DNA from: Phoronis australis
Taxonomy: Eukaryota > Animalia > Phoronida
DNA length: 55,525 bases
Reading direction: 5' to 3'
Assembly (NCBI GenBank): GCA_002633005.1
Contig: NMRA01000850.1
Location: 1 to 55,525 of the forward strand
Made by a program: the position numbers and the translations under genes. Below, one piece after another: positions 52,248-55,525 of the stretch. Position 1 is the first letter of the stretch. Each line of letters starts with the position of its first letter. Under the pieces are notes generated by a model. That model saw nothing but the letters and a program-made list of their open reading frames with translations. It did no database searches and was not told where the DNA came from.

Positions 52248-53235
52248 TCTGATGATCTTTCTGTTCAAAACTGTCCGGTCAGTGGACCAGTGAACGTCTA
52301 TTCAGACACGACCTACCAGCCTTTGTTATAGGTTACCAAAAAAGACGTTATAGAAATCAACAGCTGCTAACGAACTATGAACTTTTCTATATAGGTTAAA
52401 TAAGTTCATAAATAGAACAAGCTAGTAACCGAACCCATGACTATTGTGACAATACGCCAAAGTCGACAAATTATTTAATTTTGTGTTCAATGCGGTGTGA
52501 TAGTGCTACGGAGCGCGTCACTAAGCAAACCCCGGTGTAAATATTGATACCGTGAAAAGTAACCAAATTATCCGTTTTAGGACTGAATCTGTCTCCGTTG
52601 GGAAAACAGCAGTAGGCTAGTGTAGTCAGACGTTATTTAAACTGAATGTCTAGATTTTACTACACAAGTTAAATAATGCCATAGTCCCCTACCTATCGAA
52701 TTGCCATCCCCAACACAGCCAATGACCAAACATGAACTTGTACACTATTAATTTATATAAGATGGTGAAGTTGGCAAAATTAACAGTGCCGCTTTGATAA
52801 TTAATTTTCCCGTGATAATGGTGGCCAAAACGTTTTATTAAGTGGCTCAAAGTTTCATGCTTTAGCAAGGACTTCTGCGTATAACATTCTTTCTCAAAAT
52901 ATTTTCCTCAACACTTTTACTTTTTGCCGGCATCCAGCCAAGGCCACAGGTCGATGCGTATTAAGAATGACCAGTGTAACTGTTGACTAACTTTGTCGAA
53001 ATGTCGCTGGTTATCTGGGATAGCACATCAAGAGTCTCGCTTCATGAACAAACATGACAAACTGAAAATGAAGCAATGGAATTTTAATTAAAATCTTGAT
53101 TTGATAACTACAACACTAAATCAAAACTCAGTCCCGCAGACAGCTGGAAATTTAAGGCTAGTCTTGGGGAAGTAAGCTCTAATAATAGAATCAAAGGTAA
53201 TGGGAAGACTAATCACTAATCTCATTGGCCGCAAC

Positions 53236-53367
53236 CATTGTGTCATGGACCGAAGCGCTGCCTAGTGGGCGTGTGCTCCGAAGAAGTACGGAAGTACAAG
53301 TTTGCACCATATTTGTTTTATTCGGAGAACACGCCCATTGGGTGTGGTTACTGTCCATGAAACAATG
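53236..53367. repeat. Small imperfect hairpin or mini-MITE upstream of the SLC5 gene
   Basis: Arms of about 47 bp: cattgtgtcatggac...gtgggcgtgtgctccgaa and ttcggagaacacgcccat...gtccatgaaacaatg. Confidence 0.65.
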
Positions 53368-53487
53368 ATGTCCACCACTGGCCGTCAAATGGAATTTACC
53401 AGGAGATTCTGTTATGTTTTTGTAATAGAAAGAAGCAGAAACGTATAAAAGAAATGTAAAATATATTGACAGGAATTAAGAATGACG

Positions 53488-54079
53488 TGGTCTCTTAGCT
53501 ACAGCAGTACAGCTCTCGGACTGCTGTTATGTTTATAACTTAGAAAGTGTCAACTTACCGACCCTCTTTTATCACTACTAGTAATAATAGTAAACATTGG
53601 AACTTAACACCCAGCCTGGTACTCTGTACACGTACACGCTATAAATGAATTTTTATAAAATACTTAAAGACTTTTCGTTAAAATATACAAAAACAACACA
53701 AAAAAGTGTATGAGATGACATCAATTTTTTCTACATTCAATATTTACGATTTTACAAAATAATAAGTTGATGTGAAGGTGGTGTATTAATACAAAACTTG
53801 TAGTAATTTTCATTACAGGCTTTGGTGTTTTATTACAAGCTTTTCAGTTTCATTCATGCACTTTCGAGAACGTCATGATATTTTCGTAATAGTGGATATA
53901 ATAGTTTTACAGCTATATCATATATTGAGCACTGTTATATGTCCCAGTGTAAGTTGATTATGCAGACGTCACTGGTATCATTCATTTTAATCAACACATG
54001 TGAGTAGAACAAGATACAAAATAATGTCAATCTTTAATAAAGTTGGCAACTGTTGTCAACAGAATCTTAGACATTATTA
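53488..54079 (+). repeat. Dispersed repeat, copy 2 (copy 1 at 43541-44143)
   Basis: Two blocks co-linear with those at 43541-43588 and 44000-44143. Confidence 0.7.
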
Positions 54080-55525
54080 AAGTCCTTATCTTAAAATGCG
54101 AATGTGCGTCCAGTATCCGAAAATACTTAATAAATAAAATCTTATTTTCGATACCCTTTCGTTATAGTCTTTTCGCCTTTCGTGCCACAAGCGTTTTTTA
54201 CCTGTATTTGACCGTTCTTTGTGAGCAGATAATTACCGGCTGTCATCGGTTATTTCCGTACCCACATTTCCTGCTCGTCAGTTCAGGAACCTGTCCTGAA
54301 CGCCGCCATTTTTCCTTGTAACTGAATGTGCTATCACTTGCTCGAAAAGTCTTCATTATTTTGTTTTATTAGTAATATCTCATGATTCGTTTGTATATAT
54401 GGCGTATTTATAGTTCGTAGTTAGTGGTCGTTAATTTTTTTTTGGAGTGTTACGCGTATTTTTGTTTATTATGTTAAAATAGCATTGGTGTTTAGTTCCT
54501 GTTATGTAGGGCGATAAAACCCAAATGTTTTTTTCGCTTTGATTTTTTTTTTGTTTTGAAAAAGTAATTTCTTAGTGCATCCTACTCAGTAAAAATCGAA
54601 AAAGCATCGAAATTAGGGCAAGTAGTGCAAAGTTATTGCAATTTTTGTGGCGAAATTTACGTCAGTTTGCTCGGATCGGGGCGGCCGTCTTGAACGACAG
54701 CGGGATAATCTACGAGTTTAAAACTTTGTATAAACTGTTTAAGTTTTGTGAGACATATCTTCACTTACTATTCTGCACGATTCTACAGTTTTCACCTAAT
54801 TTCAGCCTCGCAGTTGTTACTTCTTAAGTGATAAATATGCTCACAATTCCCTTGAACTTAGTCTCATTTCTGGCTACACCGACAACATGGCGACTTTTGC
54901 TGAACTGAAAGGCATTTTCAACAGGCCACTTTGTAATTTGTGATAATTTATTGTTGATACATTTTGACAAAAGTTGCTATAAAAAGAAACTTTGTTCAAT
55001 TTTCGTGTTTTTGTGCAAAAAATATAAGGTATATTCGAATTATTTTACTGTGGAAATACCATTCAGATGATCTTACTAAGCTAAAAAATAGTTGAAATAA
55101 TTTTGAAATGGTTTTTTGTTTGACTGTCGACTGCTGATTACATTTGATATTTTGACAATAGTCTTCATACTGCTAGCTCAGTGGCAGGCTATGGTGGCAC
55201 TGAATAGTTAGGCTGCGGCCGCGGCCAATTTGCACTCCCAAAATATAGAAATTTTGGGGTAGGCCAAGTTTGGGGGCATTTTGTAGGTGGGCATTGCACG
55301 TAGGCTCAGTGAATGTGGTTTGTTTGTATTTGTGAACATGCTGTGAATAAAAAAAGGCCACTTTCTTGGCTGTAGCTGCACTCTTCTTCAAGATGGCGGC
55401 CCCCGGCTGCAATTGTGCATTGTTGGGTAGCGACCGAGAAATTGGCTGTGATTTTAGGTAGCCCTCAAACAAGCAAGAATTGCAAAAAAACTAGTTGGTT
55501 GACAGTACTTTTGGACCACATTTTC

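Overview
AT-rich eukaryotic genomic DNA with spliceosomal (GT-AG) genes. It is most likely a bilaterian invertebrate, an inference from gene content and transposon types; no prokaryotic features are seen. I rebuilt the genes by hand from splice sites and phases. (1) The first coding exon of a HAP2/GCS1-like gamete fusogen (minus strand) runs off the left edge. (2) A complete 4-exon SLC46 (SLC46A3/PCFT-like) MFS transporter of 461 aa lies head-to-head with it. (3) An intronless 352-aa basic orphan ORF carries PP1-docking-like motifs. (4) A probable decayed Ser-Gly-rich gene lies at about 19.2-21.0 kb. (5) A complete 8-exon, 388-aa YeeE/YedE (TsuA-like, bacterial-type sulfur/thiosulfate transporter family) gene has both GACPG and GGCTSGH motifs. 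(6) A 13+ exon SLC5A8/SLC5A5-like sodium:solute symporter lies on the minus strand, with its last exon unresolved. Introns and intergenic DNA hold many MITEs and four Helentron-associated (HINE/DINE-1-like) elements. The internal tandem units of these elements carry about 15 co-oriented, regularly spaced CTCF-consensus motifs. The most notable observations are the intron-bearing animal YeeE/YedE transporter, the transposon-borne CTCF motif arrays and the HAP2 gene.
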